NCBI RefSeq assembly: GCF_009914755.1 | Contig: NC_060938.1 | Strand: one strand, 5' to 3' | DNA: 64,000 nucleotides | DNA from: the human T2T-CHM13v2.0 reference genome, Homo sapiens | Shown here: one piece after another, positions 1 to 13,700 of the stretch | How positions within the stretch are numbered: the stretch's first letter is position 1 | How the letters are laid out: every line of letters begins with the position of its first letter | Position numbers and translations under genes: made by a program | Notes under the pieces: model-generated | What the model was told of the DNA's origin: nothing | Seen by the model: the letters and a program-made list of their open reading frames with translations, nothing else | The model's database searches: none

Positions 1-170
1 CCGCTAAACCCGTAATCCTGTGGTACTGTAACTGGCCACAATGGACTCGCCCTTTAGGCTTCCCGGCCCTCTTTTGCCCAAATGCAGTTCTCAGCAGTGC
101 AGTTCACTGTGATTCACCACAATTCGCCATGGTTTGTGATTTCATGGGTCTTGGTGATTCTCAGACCACA
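1..170. promoter_or_regulatory. Distal end of the IG-DMR (paternally methylated germline imprinting control region)
   Basis: Lies about 15 kb upstream of the MEG3 TSS. gtgatttcatgggtcttggtgattctcag (136-164) matches my recollection of a commonly used IG-DMR bisulfite primer site. Boundaries cannot be defined from sequence. Confidence 0.65.
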
Positions 171-1379
171 GGTTATCTACGGTCCTCAGGCAACTTCCTG
201 CTTGCCCATTTGGAGGAAAGCTGCTGCCAAATTGCTCCAGGCTTGTGTCCTGCACCTCCCCCATCCGAAACTCTACATTTCAAGAGAAATGGAATCTTGA
301 TGCTTAGGCAACCCTCCCCCAATGCTCTTGGTTACAATGAATTAGCCAGAACTCAGCCCAAGGAATCCCTGCTGGAGGCCAATGGTGGGGGATGGTGGAG
401 ACAGAAGTGGGAAGGGCGGCACCTCCCATGCCCAGGTCCGCTTCTGCGCTCTCTGAGCTGTTTGAGCAGAGGTGGTGGAGACTGGGGGTCCTATCATTGA
501 GGACTAGGTGGGTGTGGTACTTCTGCAGGCGCAACCCTGAGCTATCATAAACTGCAGCCCCAGCCTCATTCTCATTCCAACACACAAGAGCGCGCCATGG
601 CCACACGCACACTCACACGTATAACGCACATGCACACTTTTGTCTGGAGCAGCTCCATCGCCATGAGATACATATTGATTGTTTCCTGGATCAAAAGGTG
701 CAGGGGCTCAAGCTGTGTGTTGTCTGAGGAGGAGAATGAGTTATTCCTGTTCCCCGCCACTGGACAGAACTGTGGATCTTGCTTTTCCAAAGGGGAGAGC
801 AGCAAGGCTGTCAGGAGACAGAAGAGGCTGGGAAGACCCGAGCTCACTGGGCAGAGGACCCCTTGGTTCTGTGGCCCCTGAAGCAACTGTCTCAGTGGGA
901 TGAGGTTTTTGGGACAGTGGTGTCTCTCTCGGGGAGAAGTCATAGCTTGAAGAATTCTCCTCCGCCCTTGACTTGCCCTACCTTCCCTGAGCTCTTTGTC
1001 ATCTTGTTTGTGTCAAAAAGGGTGGATCTTGTCCTCTGTTTGAAGCAAGAAAAGGAAGTATCTGAGTGGTTAGCCCTGAGGGAGCCTTTTCCTTTTGACC
1101 TTTGACATTTGATCTGTTGCCAGTGATGGCAGGAGAGAGATGACGCTACAGGACCCGGCATGGCAGGGCCCCGGTGCTGGGCCTACTTGTCCTCTTAATG
1201 TCTCCTTCTCAAGCTGGTCACTTCCCTTGGGGCAGTGGAAGGAGGAGAATGACCTGGATGGCCAGATTGGCACTATCTCAGTGCTCCCATACAGAGCTGG
1301 GGCAAGTCTCTGGGCCTCTGTAAACCTCTCTTGAGGCATCTGTAAAAGTGGAGGATGGAAGCTCTGTTGGGGAGGATTT

Positions 1380-2262
1380 GGTAGTAAAAATAAATTTTAA
1401 GAGGAGTCCCGAACTAGTAGCACAGGGAACCCTAAAGAGCCCTGCTCTCCACTGGATGGAGAGCTGGCTCTTCCCAGGTCCCAGGAGGCAACACCGACTT
1501 TGCTGAGTCCCAAGCCTATCATGGGCTTTCCCACCCAGCCTGGGGCAAGGAGTGGAATACGCTTAGCCCAGGCAATGGATGGAAGCAAACTCCCCCAAGG
1601 AAGGTGGTATTAGTCTCCCTGGCCATTCCCAGTTGGAGTTGATTTGTTCCTTTAAGAAGGGGAAGGATTCTCGAGCACTGGAGTTTTCAGGTCCCCTCCC
1701 AGTCTTGAAAGTTTGCAAATGACTCTGTTTTGCGGGAGGGCTGAGGCTGAAGTCCTGTCCATCTCTATCCTCTGACTCTGAGGACTGAAGACTGGGCTTT
1801 AGGATCTCTGGGTCTTGAGGAGGCTTGGCACCTGCAGAATCCACTCCAAGACTGCCTGAAGCCTCTCGAGCACTTCTTGCCAGCCACATGTACTCTTTGA
1901 GCAAATGAAAAGGGGACTTGGGGATGTAAACTTTCAAGACTGGGAGGGGACCTGAAAACTCCAGTGCTCGAGAATCCTTCCCCTTCTTAAAGGAACAAAT
2001 CAACTCCAACTGGGAATGGCCAGGGAGACTAATACCACCTTCCTTGGGGGAGTTTGCTTCCATCCACTGCCTGGGCTAAGCGTATTCCACTTCTTGCCCC
2101 AGGCTGGGTGGGAAAGCCCATGATAGGCTTGGGACTCAGCAAAGTCGGTGTTGCCTCCTGGGACCTGGGAAGAGTCAGCTCTCCATCCAGTGGAGAGCAG
2201 GGCTCTTTAGGGTTCCCCGTGCTACTAGTTCGGGACTCCTCTTAAAATTTATTTTTACCACC
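1380..2262. repeat. Long inverted repeat: arms about 1380-1714 and 1928-2262, spacer about 210 bp
   Basis: Manual reverse-complement comparison gives ~335-bp arms with about 5 mismatches. The ORF track shows mirror ORFs at 1397-1588(-) and 2054-2245(+). Confidence 0.97.
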
Positions 2263-2951
2263 TATCAGTGATTTCAAGCCAGCGGTGGGCCACGGCCGGT
2301 GCACCGGGGCCTGCCAGTCTGCTCTCCTGTGGCTCAGCAGGATTCACTATTGCTGCCCCGTGGCCCCGAGGTCCCATGGTTGGTAGTGCACAGGCACCCT
2401 GTGGCCCTCACTGTGGGGTTGATGTTGATGATCTTTGTGCTGTGATTTGCGGTGTCCCACCATGATTCCTGTGGCAGTGGGTCTGGAATGGCATGCTCCC
2501 CCTGGGTGTTTGATGAAGAGTTTGAATGGAAGCTGCCACAAGACTTTCTCCCGAGTTAGGGAAACTGAGAGGCTGCAAGACCCAGCTCCTCTGCGGAGAG
2601 TCACCTCGAACTGTGATTTCTGCATTGAGCCGTGTACACCAGAGAGCGGCTAGGATACGGTGATGCCCCTAACCTGGGACAAGTGTGTGTGTGTGTTTTG
2701 GGGGGGGCTTATGAGCCTTCTCACAACTGAAGGGAGAATGCTAACTTTCCAATCGGGAGGTTGTGCGCAGATGACACCCCAGCTTCCTTTGGGGTTCTCT
2801 GTTATCCGTGTGGCCAAGAACTCAGTTCAACATCCTGAACTTTCCAGTGTCCCTGCCCTCCCAGCAGGCAAAGGGGATGGAAGGATTGTGAATCCAGTTC
2901 AGCAGGGTGATGCCTCCTGGCGCAGATGCCAGGCCTGCTTCTTGCTGGGTA

Positions 2952-3085
2952 GATCTGTGCCTCAGTTTCCTCATCTGTAAAGCGGGCATGGTCAAGGACC
3001 TACCTCTTGGGTGAAGATTAAATGAGCTATTAATAAGGATAAAAAGCTCTTCAAACCCTGCCTGGCACATACTAAGTGCATGCTA
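2952..3085 (+). mobile_element. MIR SINE fragment
   Basis: MIR core-like tctgtgcctcagtttcctcatctgtaaa...acctacctc...gaagattaaatgag...cctggcacat; boundaries approximate. Confidence 0.7.
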
Positions 3086-3378
3086 AATGCTGTACTCAGT
3101 TTGCAGACTGATAACGCTGTGCCGGATGTCCTTGTCGCTCTGTGTCTCTTTGCGCTGTGCAAGTATTTCTGCAGGGACAATTTCTAGGAGTGAATGTCTG
3201 GGCTGAGACTCGTGTGCATTGAAATGCTGGGTACATATTGCCAGAATGCCAACCGAGAAGTCACACCTAGTTAGACTGCAGACATAGTGTAAAGTTGATG
3301 AGAGAAGCTTCGTGGGATGGGGTGGCCTTCTAATGGTATCTTAAGGAACTAACAGTAGTCCCGCAGGAATATTTTGAT

Positions 3379-3462
3379 ATGGTCCCTCCCAATCCAGCCA
3401 TTCCTCAGACCAGGTGGCTCCCGAGCCACCCCAGGCTGTAGGATGGGGGTGAGAGGTGCTAG
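3379..3462 (+). ncRNA. MIR2392: pre-miR-2392
   Basis: Contains the mature sequence TAGGATGGGGGTGAGAGGTG (3439-3458); position relative to MEG3 fits the known locus. Confidence 0.88.
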
Positions 3463-5725
3463 ATAGTCACAAAACTGAACTAGCCTGAGCGGGGTGAGGG
3501 CCTAAAGCAAACACAGCCTCAGCACACGGTCATGCTGGGGGGATTTGAATCTTGGTGTAGAGTGGCAGAGATGGGGAGTTTCCACTTTATTTAAAGGGAA
3601 CGTGAGTTCAAGTGTGAAAATCTTGACCTAAGGGAACACAGCTCGGCTTCTGTGCTCTGTTCAGCATAAACTTTTACTTGGGGGCTTGCTGGCCAGGCTG
3701 ATCTCAGATCTCTGGCCCAGGGATCCCTGACCCAGCCTGCCAGGAATGTGGGCTGTGGGGATGAGGCCATCTCGACTTGGCACAAAGGGCTCCTAGAAGT
3801 CATTCAAACCCCGTTTCTGCCGTGCATTGCCTTCCCCTGGATTTGGGACCTAGGTACGGCATAGACTTCACTATGCAAATGAGTGATGATTTCCGCCGAG
3901 TGCCCAACCCCCTTCCCCAGAGGTCTAAGCTGTAAAGCAGAGGGTGGCCCAGGAGGTGCCCCAGAAGGGTTGTAGGCTAAGCTGCTTCCTTCCTACCTTC
4001 TGGTCAAACGCATACCCTCCCATGGTTCTTGTGCCTTCAGGCTCCCAATTCACAGAATACACAAGGACTTGGGATGAAGCCGGAGTGACCGTGGGCTGCC
4101 CTGCGTCTCCCAGGTTTCTGGAGCTGTGTGGCTAGGGGCTCCTTGGAGCCAAAATAGTTTCTCATTGGGGTGTCTGACCCATAGGCCTAGGACCCCCATT
4201 TCTCCTGGCCCAATCACTCACCAGGGAGGACATGGCACACGCAGAGTCAGCATGGCTGCCAGGTTCCAGGCCCTTGTTACATCTTTGCCTTGTTCATTTG
4301 GGGTTGCTTATTTCAAGCCTTTCCCTCCAGGAAGTACTACCTTATGTTCTAAACAAGCCCCATGATGCTACATGTATAATTTGAGATGCTATGATTGGGA
4401 TGTGGGAGATGGAGCTAGCGCCTGCCTTCTTACCCCTTCCAGGTCCACATTTCTGTGGCCCTGGGATGGGCAGGAGGGAGCCTTCCCATTCCAGGTGGAC
4501 GTGCTCTTCCCCTTTGGTCAGGATGGCAGGCCTGCGGAAACCCCTGCCAGAGAAGCGGTTACCGAAACGGGAGTTGGAGAGGTCTCACCAGGGAGCGCTG
4601 GAGACCTTAGCCCGTTCACCTTCTCCCCTCATCTTCCTCCCTCTACCTCCTGCCCCTACACTCACCCTAGCCTCCTGCCCAGCCTGGTGGGAGAGGTCAG
4701 CTTATATAAGGTCCCCTGGCCACTTCCTGACCTCCTCAGGGGGGATCTTCAGCCTAGGTCCACTCAGATTTCTCCAAATTAGGGCCCCGGTATGGGCTGT
4801 GGAAACCAGCCCTAAGTCTGGGCCTGAGTCATGCCTGCTGTTCAGGGCTTACGGGAGGGCCCTTTGTGTAACTCCAAAGCAGGGGACCGGGATTGCACAC
4901 TCAAGCCTTTCAGGAACAGCTGAGGCTGGGCAACCAGACAGTTTTGCTTGGATCTCTGGGGTGGCCACGTGGCCATACATTCAATGCTCTGAGATGCCTG
5001 TGCCCTAAGCTAGGCAGGAAGTGACTTACAGCTGAAAACAGGATTTGAATGACTTCTGCTCCGGGGAGGCCCCTCAGTATAAACAGTGAGAATTTCTGGG
5101 AAATGTACATAAGGCCAGACTCTCGGGAGGGGATATGGGCCCAGATTCCTGATGCTCCCACCGAAGTGAGAGGTGCCAGCTCTTCCTGGGCATCCCAAAC
5201 CTCCACGGGCTCTCTCTTGTGGTTAAATGACAGCGTCTTACTTCTCATTTCATCTTCCCAGGGAGAGCGTTCACTCACTCTCAGGGCCTGGGCTGAGCAA
5301 GCTAGCCATCTAACATCTAAGCAGAGGCATGCAGAGTGCAGCCTGAACACAGTAGGTGTGCAGCTCAGCTCCCTTGTTGGCTCTGAGCTCAGTGAGGCAG
5401 GGAGCTTGACCCATCACTTGTCATTTTATCCCTAGCCATTGGCATGTAAAATAATGCCAGCCCTAGGCACCCAGGAAGTACTTCCTGAATGGAATGAATG
5501 AATGGATAAGTAAGACAATCTGGAATTGTCTTTTAAAGTTGCCAGAACTCAGGCTAAAGGTGCAAATGCTCTGCTGGTGTATTTTGAAGCAGCCTCTTCT
5601 GAGTGTGCCTGGCCTGGCCTCCCTGCCTATGTTCCCTGTGCTCCCTACTCCAGAGTTCCACCTCCCCAGCCCTGGACCTTGACCCTCAACATCCCTATTT
5701 AGTTGGGTAACGTGTGAGGCTTTTA

Positions 5726-6071
<346 letters not shown>

Positions 6072-7638
6072 TCAGAGCAAGCCTGTGGCATGAATATCAA
6101 CTTTCCTGTTTTTGCAGGGGGGAAACCGAGGCCTGGCAGGGCGAAGTGGGCAGGACCCTTCTCAAAGGGCCAGGGTGCTAGTGGCCACTGTCCTTCCCCC
6201 ACCACCTCCACGCCCCCATCCCCCCACAGTTCACGACTGCAAAGGCAGCTTTAGGTTGGGAGCTGGTGGAGCAAAAAGGCCGTTCAAAGGCAGCCTTCGT
6301 TTGCTTTTCCTTATCATCACATGTGCAAGGGCAGCTCCGTTTACCTAGAGGCAGGCGTCTTTGAGCTCATCCTTTCCGCAAACACCTAAAGGGTATGTTG
6401 AACATTTGAGCCCCTGTCTCAGAGGGCGCAGCGTTTGCACAACATAAGCCCTGGCGGCTCGGTAGACGGGTATGGGGGGTAGACTCAGGTTTCTGGATGA
6501 AGCACTGAGAGCCAAGGTGACCTGCGGTGTTCCGGGATGACCTTTGGTGACCTTCGGTCCTGTCCAGTGACCTGGGGTGGTGAAGTTACCCCAAATGGGA
6601 GGAAATGAACTCTGGGTGGGCGAAGGCTGCAGGACGTGTTGGCATGATGGCTGTAGAAAGTGCACACCAGGGCTGGTGTGGAGGGCGCCTCGGCTGCTCT
6701 GAGAATCTTCCACTACCCCGGCCTGGGATTCCCAGGAAAGGCTGGTGGTGGAGGCCAGAGAGGCTCACAGCCCTTGTCAGCCAGGCCTGGAGCCGTTCCT
6801 GCAAACAGGAGCCCGATGTAAAGGTTCTGAGCTCTGCATTCTTGTGGAGTGGGTGGCACTGTGAGGCCTGCTCTCCTTGGGGCAGCGGGGGCTCTCTGCA
6901 GGAGGAGGGAGGATGCCATTTGGGTTACTGAGCACCTACTGTCTCATTTAACCTTCTCAACACCCGGGGGTGGGGGGGTGGGGGTAGGTACTATTATCCC
7001 TATTTTACAGGTGGAGAAATTGAGGAGAGGTGAAAGGATCCCAGCCAAAGTCAAGTGGTGGTATCAGAATTCAAGCCAGGCTGTCTGAGTTGGGAGCCTG
7101 TGTTCTCACCCACCTTGCCTCATGGCCTCCTCACTGCCAAATGTCCCATGCCAGGCTGCAGAGTCCCCACCCCAACCAGGAACAAGAGAGCCACAGGAAA
7201 GACGGCAGGGGCAGGCCAAGTGTCATGGGAATATTTTTATCTGGAATATTTGTTTTCCCACTGAGCTTGTAAATGACATCTCAGATCCCACACTCTGAGA
7301 CAGGAAGTCCTAAGTAGGAAGAGAGCACCCTACCCAGCCCTTGTTGGCCACAAGGAGGGAGGGCAAGGGGCCAGGTGGCTGTGTTAGGGTGGCCAGCCTA
7401 GGCTGCTGATGGCCAGTGAGGCTCAGCCAAAAGGCTGGGAGTGGGGATGCTTGTTTCTCTTTTCCCTCTGACCGATTATGGGGACTGGCAGAGCCCATCC
7501 CCAAAACCACAGAGGGGCGCAGCTGTTTTGGAAGGCATTTCAGAGGAAGCATTCAAGTCTGTCCCAGACTGTCCCACATCTGTGGGAAGGGAAGGGCAGC
7601 AGGGCACCCATGGCACAGGCCTTTGCTCATGGACCTAG

Positions 7639-7964
<326 letters not shown>

Positions 7965-7967
7965 AAA

Positions 7968-8319
<352 letters not shown>

Positions 8320-8838
8320 TAACTTTTACGAAATTACAAAATAAAATTTTTCTTCTTACAAAATAAATGCAAACTACATGGAAGACAAGAAGGTCTCTTC
8401 ATCCTCACTCCATGTCATATGGCTAGGGCCTGCCATAAGTACAGCACACATTTTTCCCCAATTTAATCTTCTCAACTGAAGAAGGTATTTTGTCCCCATT
8501 GTACAGATCATGACAATGAGGTTCAGAGAGGTTAAGCAACCAACCCAAGACCACACAGGTAGCAAGTGGACTAGCACCTGCAGTCTGATGTTGGGGCCCA
8601 AACCTTCAATCACCAGGCAAGACTGCCGGTCACCCTGCAAGCTGCACTCAATGGTTTGAAAGAAAGGCTGCAATCAGCATTTGTGACATTGTGTTTATGG
8701 GGTGGTCAGCCATCCCGCCAGGTGCACAACGTGTGGCTCGGTAGACTCTGGGCAGCACAGGCCACTGCATGGAGTGGCACTCACCCTGCACTGCCATGTG
8801 CTGCCCTCTGTTTGATTCTCATCTCCTTTCAGCGTCAG

Positions 8839-9341
8839 ACAGCGGTGGCAGGCAGCGGTGGCAGGCAGCGGTGGCAGGCAGCGGTAGTAGACTGATGCGG
8901 TAGGCAGTGGTGGCAGGCAGCGGTGATAGGCAGCGGTGGCATTGGTGGCAGGCAGTGGTAGGCAGCAGTGGTGGCAGCAGTGGAGGGCAGCAGTGGCAGG
9001 CAGCGGTGGCAGGCAGCGGTGGCAGCAGTGGTGGCAGGCAGCGGTGATAGGCAGCGGTGGCAGTGGTGGCAGGCAGTGGTAGGCAGCGGTGGCAGGCAGC
9101 AGTGGAGGGCAGCGGTGGTAGGCAGTGGTGCCAGGCAGCGGTGGAAGGCAGCAGTGGTAGGCAGTGGTGGTAGGCAGCGGTGCCAGGCAGCAGTGGTAGG
9201 CAGCGGTGGCAGGCAGTGGTGGTAGGCAGCAGTGGCAGTGGTGGCAGCAGTGGCAGTGGTGGCAGCAGTGGTGGTAGGCAGTGGTGGTAGGCAGCGGTGG
9301 CAGGCAGCGGTGGCAGTGGTGGTAGACTGCCGTGGTAGGTG
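8839..9341. repeat. G-rich minisatellite, ~13-bp unit GGCAGGCAGCGGT and variants
   Basis: Visible tandem GGCAGCGGTGGCA/GGCAGTGGTAGGCA units; repetitive ORFs at 8819-9352. Confidence 0.95.
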
Positions 9342-10597
9342 GAACTCATCATCCTATCTCCCAGGGATTGTCACTTTCCCCCGAGCCCTCATGAGCTTCT
9401 GAGCAGCTCTACGAAGCAAGAGTCACATGGATTTGGGCTTTTTGAAGAAAGTTCAAGGAGATTCCTACCTTTGCTGGTACCCTCCTCTGGGCGTGGGCTG
9501 CGACATGGACATCAGCAAACTTAAGCTCAACGAGGGAAGATTGTGTGCCCTCTGGAACCTCTGACCGCTGCCTCTATGTGCACGGGCCCCTAATCACAGT
9601 GCGTCTCCTACGCACCCTTGGCTCCCCCAGGAGCTGGTGGCTTCTGGGTTAGCTCTGAGACAGAGGTATCACCAGGCTTGGCTCAGGGAGGCCAACTGTG
9701 TGCTCTGGAACCATCCAGACCCTCAATGTTTAAATTGAAAGTGTGCCCAGCCTCGGCCCCCTTCCCTTTGACATTAAGACTTAAGAAGTTTCTAGTCCTT
9801 GTTGAAACCTAGTACAAATGCCTCCTCTAGGAGCCTCTTGGGTGGGGTGGGAGTTTTTCAACTGTCAGCAATCTTTTAGTTAAAAAAAAAGAAAAAAAGA
9901 GCAAACTTTCCAGTCCTGTTCTACCTGGAACACAGTTTCTCCTCTGGGGCCCCTCCCCAGGCCTCTGCAGTTCTCTGTCAACACAGCAAAAGCCACCCCC
10001 TCCCTAGCCGCAGGCAGTTGAATGGAGCAGTTCTTTGCTCCACCGAAGGAAATATTTCCATAGAGTGGGGCCAAGAAAACCCCTTGCTTGAATCTGGGGC
10101 TGGCCCACACCCAAAGCCAGGGGGCCCCGGGTGGGGGTGGGGTGGGCAATGTGGCTGTCTTTTCCTAGTGTCAGGATGTGACTTCTAAAATCCAACCCAT
10201 GGCAGTGGTCTGCTTCACCAAGACCCCGTTCTTGGCCTGCTTGGTCTTCTCGGAAATGGATTTCTCTAGGTCCCCCCAGTAGGAATGAAATCATTGAAGT
10301 GCACTTTTTTTGCTTTTACCAGCTTGGAATTTGTTCACCTCTGTGGCAGGTTCAGGAGAGTCCTTCCAAAGATTGGGCGCAGCTAGGTGACTGCCACTGG
10401 CACCCACCTCTGTGCCCACCCCACAGCTATCACTCATGCATGAATGCCTCTGTCCAGGAATGGGGACTTATGCTATGCAGGACATGAATCCTGGGTCTCT
10501 TGATTTTTATTTACTTAACAGGAAAAGATTTTTAAATTGAGGTCAATAAAGAAGAGGCTAAAATGGTCACTTTTCTTGTACCGTTACATTAAAACGA

Positions 10598-10728
10598 ATT
10601 TTTTTTTTTAACAGTTGGGGTCTTATTATGTCACCCAGGCTGGCCTTGAACTCCTAGGCTCAAGTGATCCTCCCCGCTTCAGCCTTCTGAGTAGCTACGA
10701 CTATAGGCATGTGCCACTGTGCCTGGCT
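10598..10728 (-). mobile_element. Alu monomer (FLAM-like)
   Basis: Poly-T followed by a single antisense Alu arm. Confidence 0.8.
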
Positions 10729-13700
10729 TTGGACTGCAGCATTAAAACACACAAACACACACACACTATAAGAGGAATACATGCCAGTAAAGGAATTCAT
10801 AAAAGTAGAAAGGAAGAAGAAAATTCACTCAGAATCTATCCATCCAGCACAACTAATGGTACCATTTGGGGGCATTACCCTCCAGCTCTTTTTCATTGGC
10901 ACTAGTTATTATAAAAAGTAGTCCCAAAGAGCAATGTCCCCTGCCTGTCCACATACCACGCTCCTCCAGAGGCTGATGAGGAAAAGGGCAACTCTGTGGT
11001 TGAACATTTACTCTTGGGTTACTGTTAGTCAACGGGGAATGGCTGGAAGTCTAGCTAACTCAAATATACAGATGCGCTGCCTTGAAACCCAGCAGTCTAC
11101 CTGGAATTAAACTTCATCCTTGGCCGTCTGTGAAAGGCGTTGAACTTTATTTGTCTTTTAGTATCTACAATTTGGCAAACTCTTCCATGCAAGGTTGGGG
11201 CTGTGCCCAGAACTCTGGTTTTAAGGGGAGCAGAGTGTTCCCGGCACTGGGAGCTGGGGTCGGTGTGTTTTCTAGAAGAGCTGCTGTCAATTTCAAGATC
11301 CCAGAAGATAGGCCTGGTGTGTTTGATCATTTCCTCCAAATCCTTGACTACTTGATGTCAAGCCTCACCTCTTATGGGAGGCAGACATTGTATTTGACAA
11401 TGACAGGCTTCCCCTTGTCCCACGAGAAGGAAAAACTCAGCCCCATGGAAGACCGCCCATGCGCTCAACTGCTTCTCTGACTTGAGCTGAGGTCTATGGC
11501 AGAATGGGAGGGGGTTCAGTGATGTTCAGAGGCTTGAAGGGCCAGAGGCTGGCACTAGAGCTGGGGATTGGGACTGCAGTGGCAGCTTATATAGGAAGAA
11601 GTCAAAGCAGCCTCCCTATCCCGGCAGCCCCCTGGGGGGAGTGCAGAAGAGGAACTCAAGAGATCTCTGGTGCATGCTAAATTTCAAGGGTACGGGGAAA
11701 ACTGGGACGTCGGCTTAGAGGGGTAGGCACTTGGGGTTTGCTGTTTGTAAAAGTTCAGAGTATGCTTTTTGAGAAGAGAGTATATTTGCCCATGCCTGGG
11801 AGATGGGTATAGGAGGACCTTGTCTTCATTTCCTGGCTGGCTCTTAGGAGGTTTGTCCCCTTGCCCATAAGTATGTACATGTGGATAGGAGGCTGCTCAC
11901 ATGGCTTTTGAGGGTTCTCAAGTATGAATTAAAAAAAGAAGAAAAATGTGTGCTTTGAGTTAGATCTGAGAAAAAAAAAAAAAAGGCAGCAAGCTAAGCC
12001 ATGCGTCTGGGACACTGGCTCGCCTCCAGGATTTCAGGAGAGTTGGGTTTCAGCATGCACAGAGAGAAAGTGCTCCATTTCTCAAACCTGGATTTCCTTG
12101 TCTGTTTTCCCCTATAGATACAAATCTGAGCCCTTGAATGGCCTTTTTGAGGGAGGAAGGCATGTATAGCATTGCTCAGATTGAGAAATAGTTCAGATCC
12201 AAATATTACTATAGGTTTGGCTCCTTCAAGAATTTCTTCCATTGCTTTGGACCAATAAATATTTAAAAAGTTAGGTTCTGAGCTCCAGAAAAGCCAACAA
12301 AAACATTTAAACATATGGATTTTTTTTTTAAATTGTGGTTAAACCATGTTCAGTGGAGATTAGTTTGCAGCAGTCTTTTCTTTCTCTCTTTGCCTCGCAT
12401 TCCTGCTCCCCCCCCTCATCATTTTCTTTCTTTCTTTTAGGAAGCCAGAAGGGTAAACATGTTGCCATGGAGTTCTGTTTAAAATAAAATACAATGGAAA
12501 GAAAAGCAGCATGATGAAGTAACCACATGGACTGCAGGATACACCTGATACTAATTACTGTCATGCAGAATGTTCTGGAAGACATTTGACTCGCCTGATG
12601 TATACATTCAAATCAAGCAAAGTAGGACTGGAAGGCTCCTTAGGGACCATCTTGTCCAAGTCTTTCCTTTTTCCAGATGAGGAAGTAGGGGCCCACAGAG
12701 AGGGAGGGCCTGGACCTCAGCCTCCCAGCGCGGAGGGAGCAGAGCCGGGATTCAAACCCGTGGTGCTTTGTAGGAAACCCGTAATTTCCACGGTCTTTTT
12801 CCTTGGGCTGTCAGTAAGGCCCTGAAATAGGAGAGTGGGGTTTACTGTGAACCTCGAAGGAGCAGGCTCAAGAGCCAGGGGGCCCAGAATAGGGCAGAGG
12901 CTGGCTTCTCACTGGGAGGCTCAACTTCCCGCAGGGGCGCCAGGCCCTGACAGGAGAGACTGGACATTAGGTGTCTGGAAGTTTCTCCTTCTAGGGGCTC
13001 CAGGAGCATCCCACCTGAGGCCTGGGGCTCCCACCGGAACGTCAACTCATGCCCTTGTGGGGCTGCAGGGCTGACGCGGGCTGGCACTGTGTCTACGACA
13101 GCCTCCCGGGCCCCCGGGTGCGTGGCTGCGGATGCTCTCTGGCGGCCACCACAGTTCCCACGCGCGGCGGGTGAATGCGAGCCCCTTGTCAATGCGTGCC
13201 CCTCGCCTCTGCCCCCGAGAGGCTAGCAACCGGGCCTGCCGGCGTCTGATTGGCCGTGGGGGCCTGACGACAGGGGCTCCTGGTTGCTGATTGGCCCCGG
13301 CCAGCTCTGGCTGTTTCCTAGCTATTAATACTGTGGCTAATAAACGTTCTCCTGTTGACGCGGGTGCTCGGAGCCATGATTTTTTGAAGCGTTCTTGACG
13401 TCTGTGGCTGGTGCGGGCGTTTCTGCTGTGCAAGGCCTGCTTCCGGGGCTCTAGTCCCTGGGGCTCCTGGCAAGCTCCACAGGCTGTAAAGGGGGTGTTT
13501 TCTTTCTCCTTCGTGTTACCTGACATATTAAAGCAGCGCCCCATGAGGACCCCAACGTCCCACGTCTCTATCTCCCCAACAGTGCGCCTGTTTATGAAAA
13601 AACGAGCCCCCCACACGCCGTCCCAAGGCTCGGCGCCTCTAGTGACCTGACGGTCAATGTTCACCTCCCTAGTCATTAGCTGTGGACGTAGAAATAGCCT

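Noticed and set aside
1563-2063. 166-aa ORF across the inverted repeat
   Set aside because: No recognisable homology; mirror ORFs reflect the repeat symmetry.
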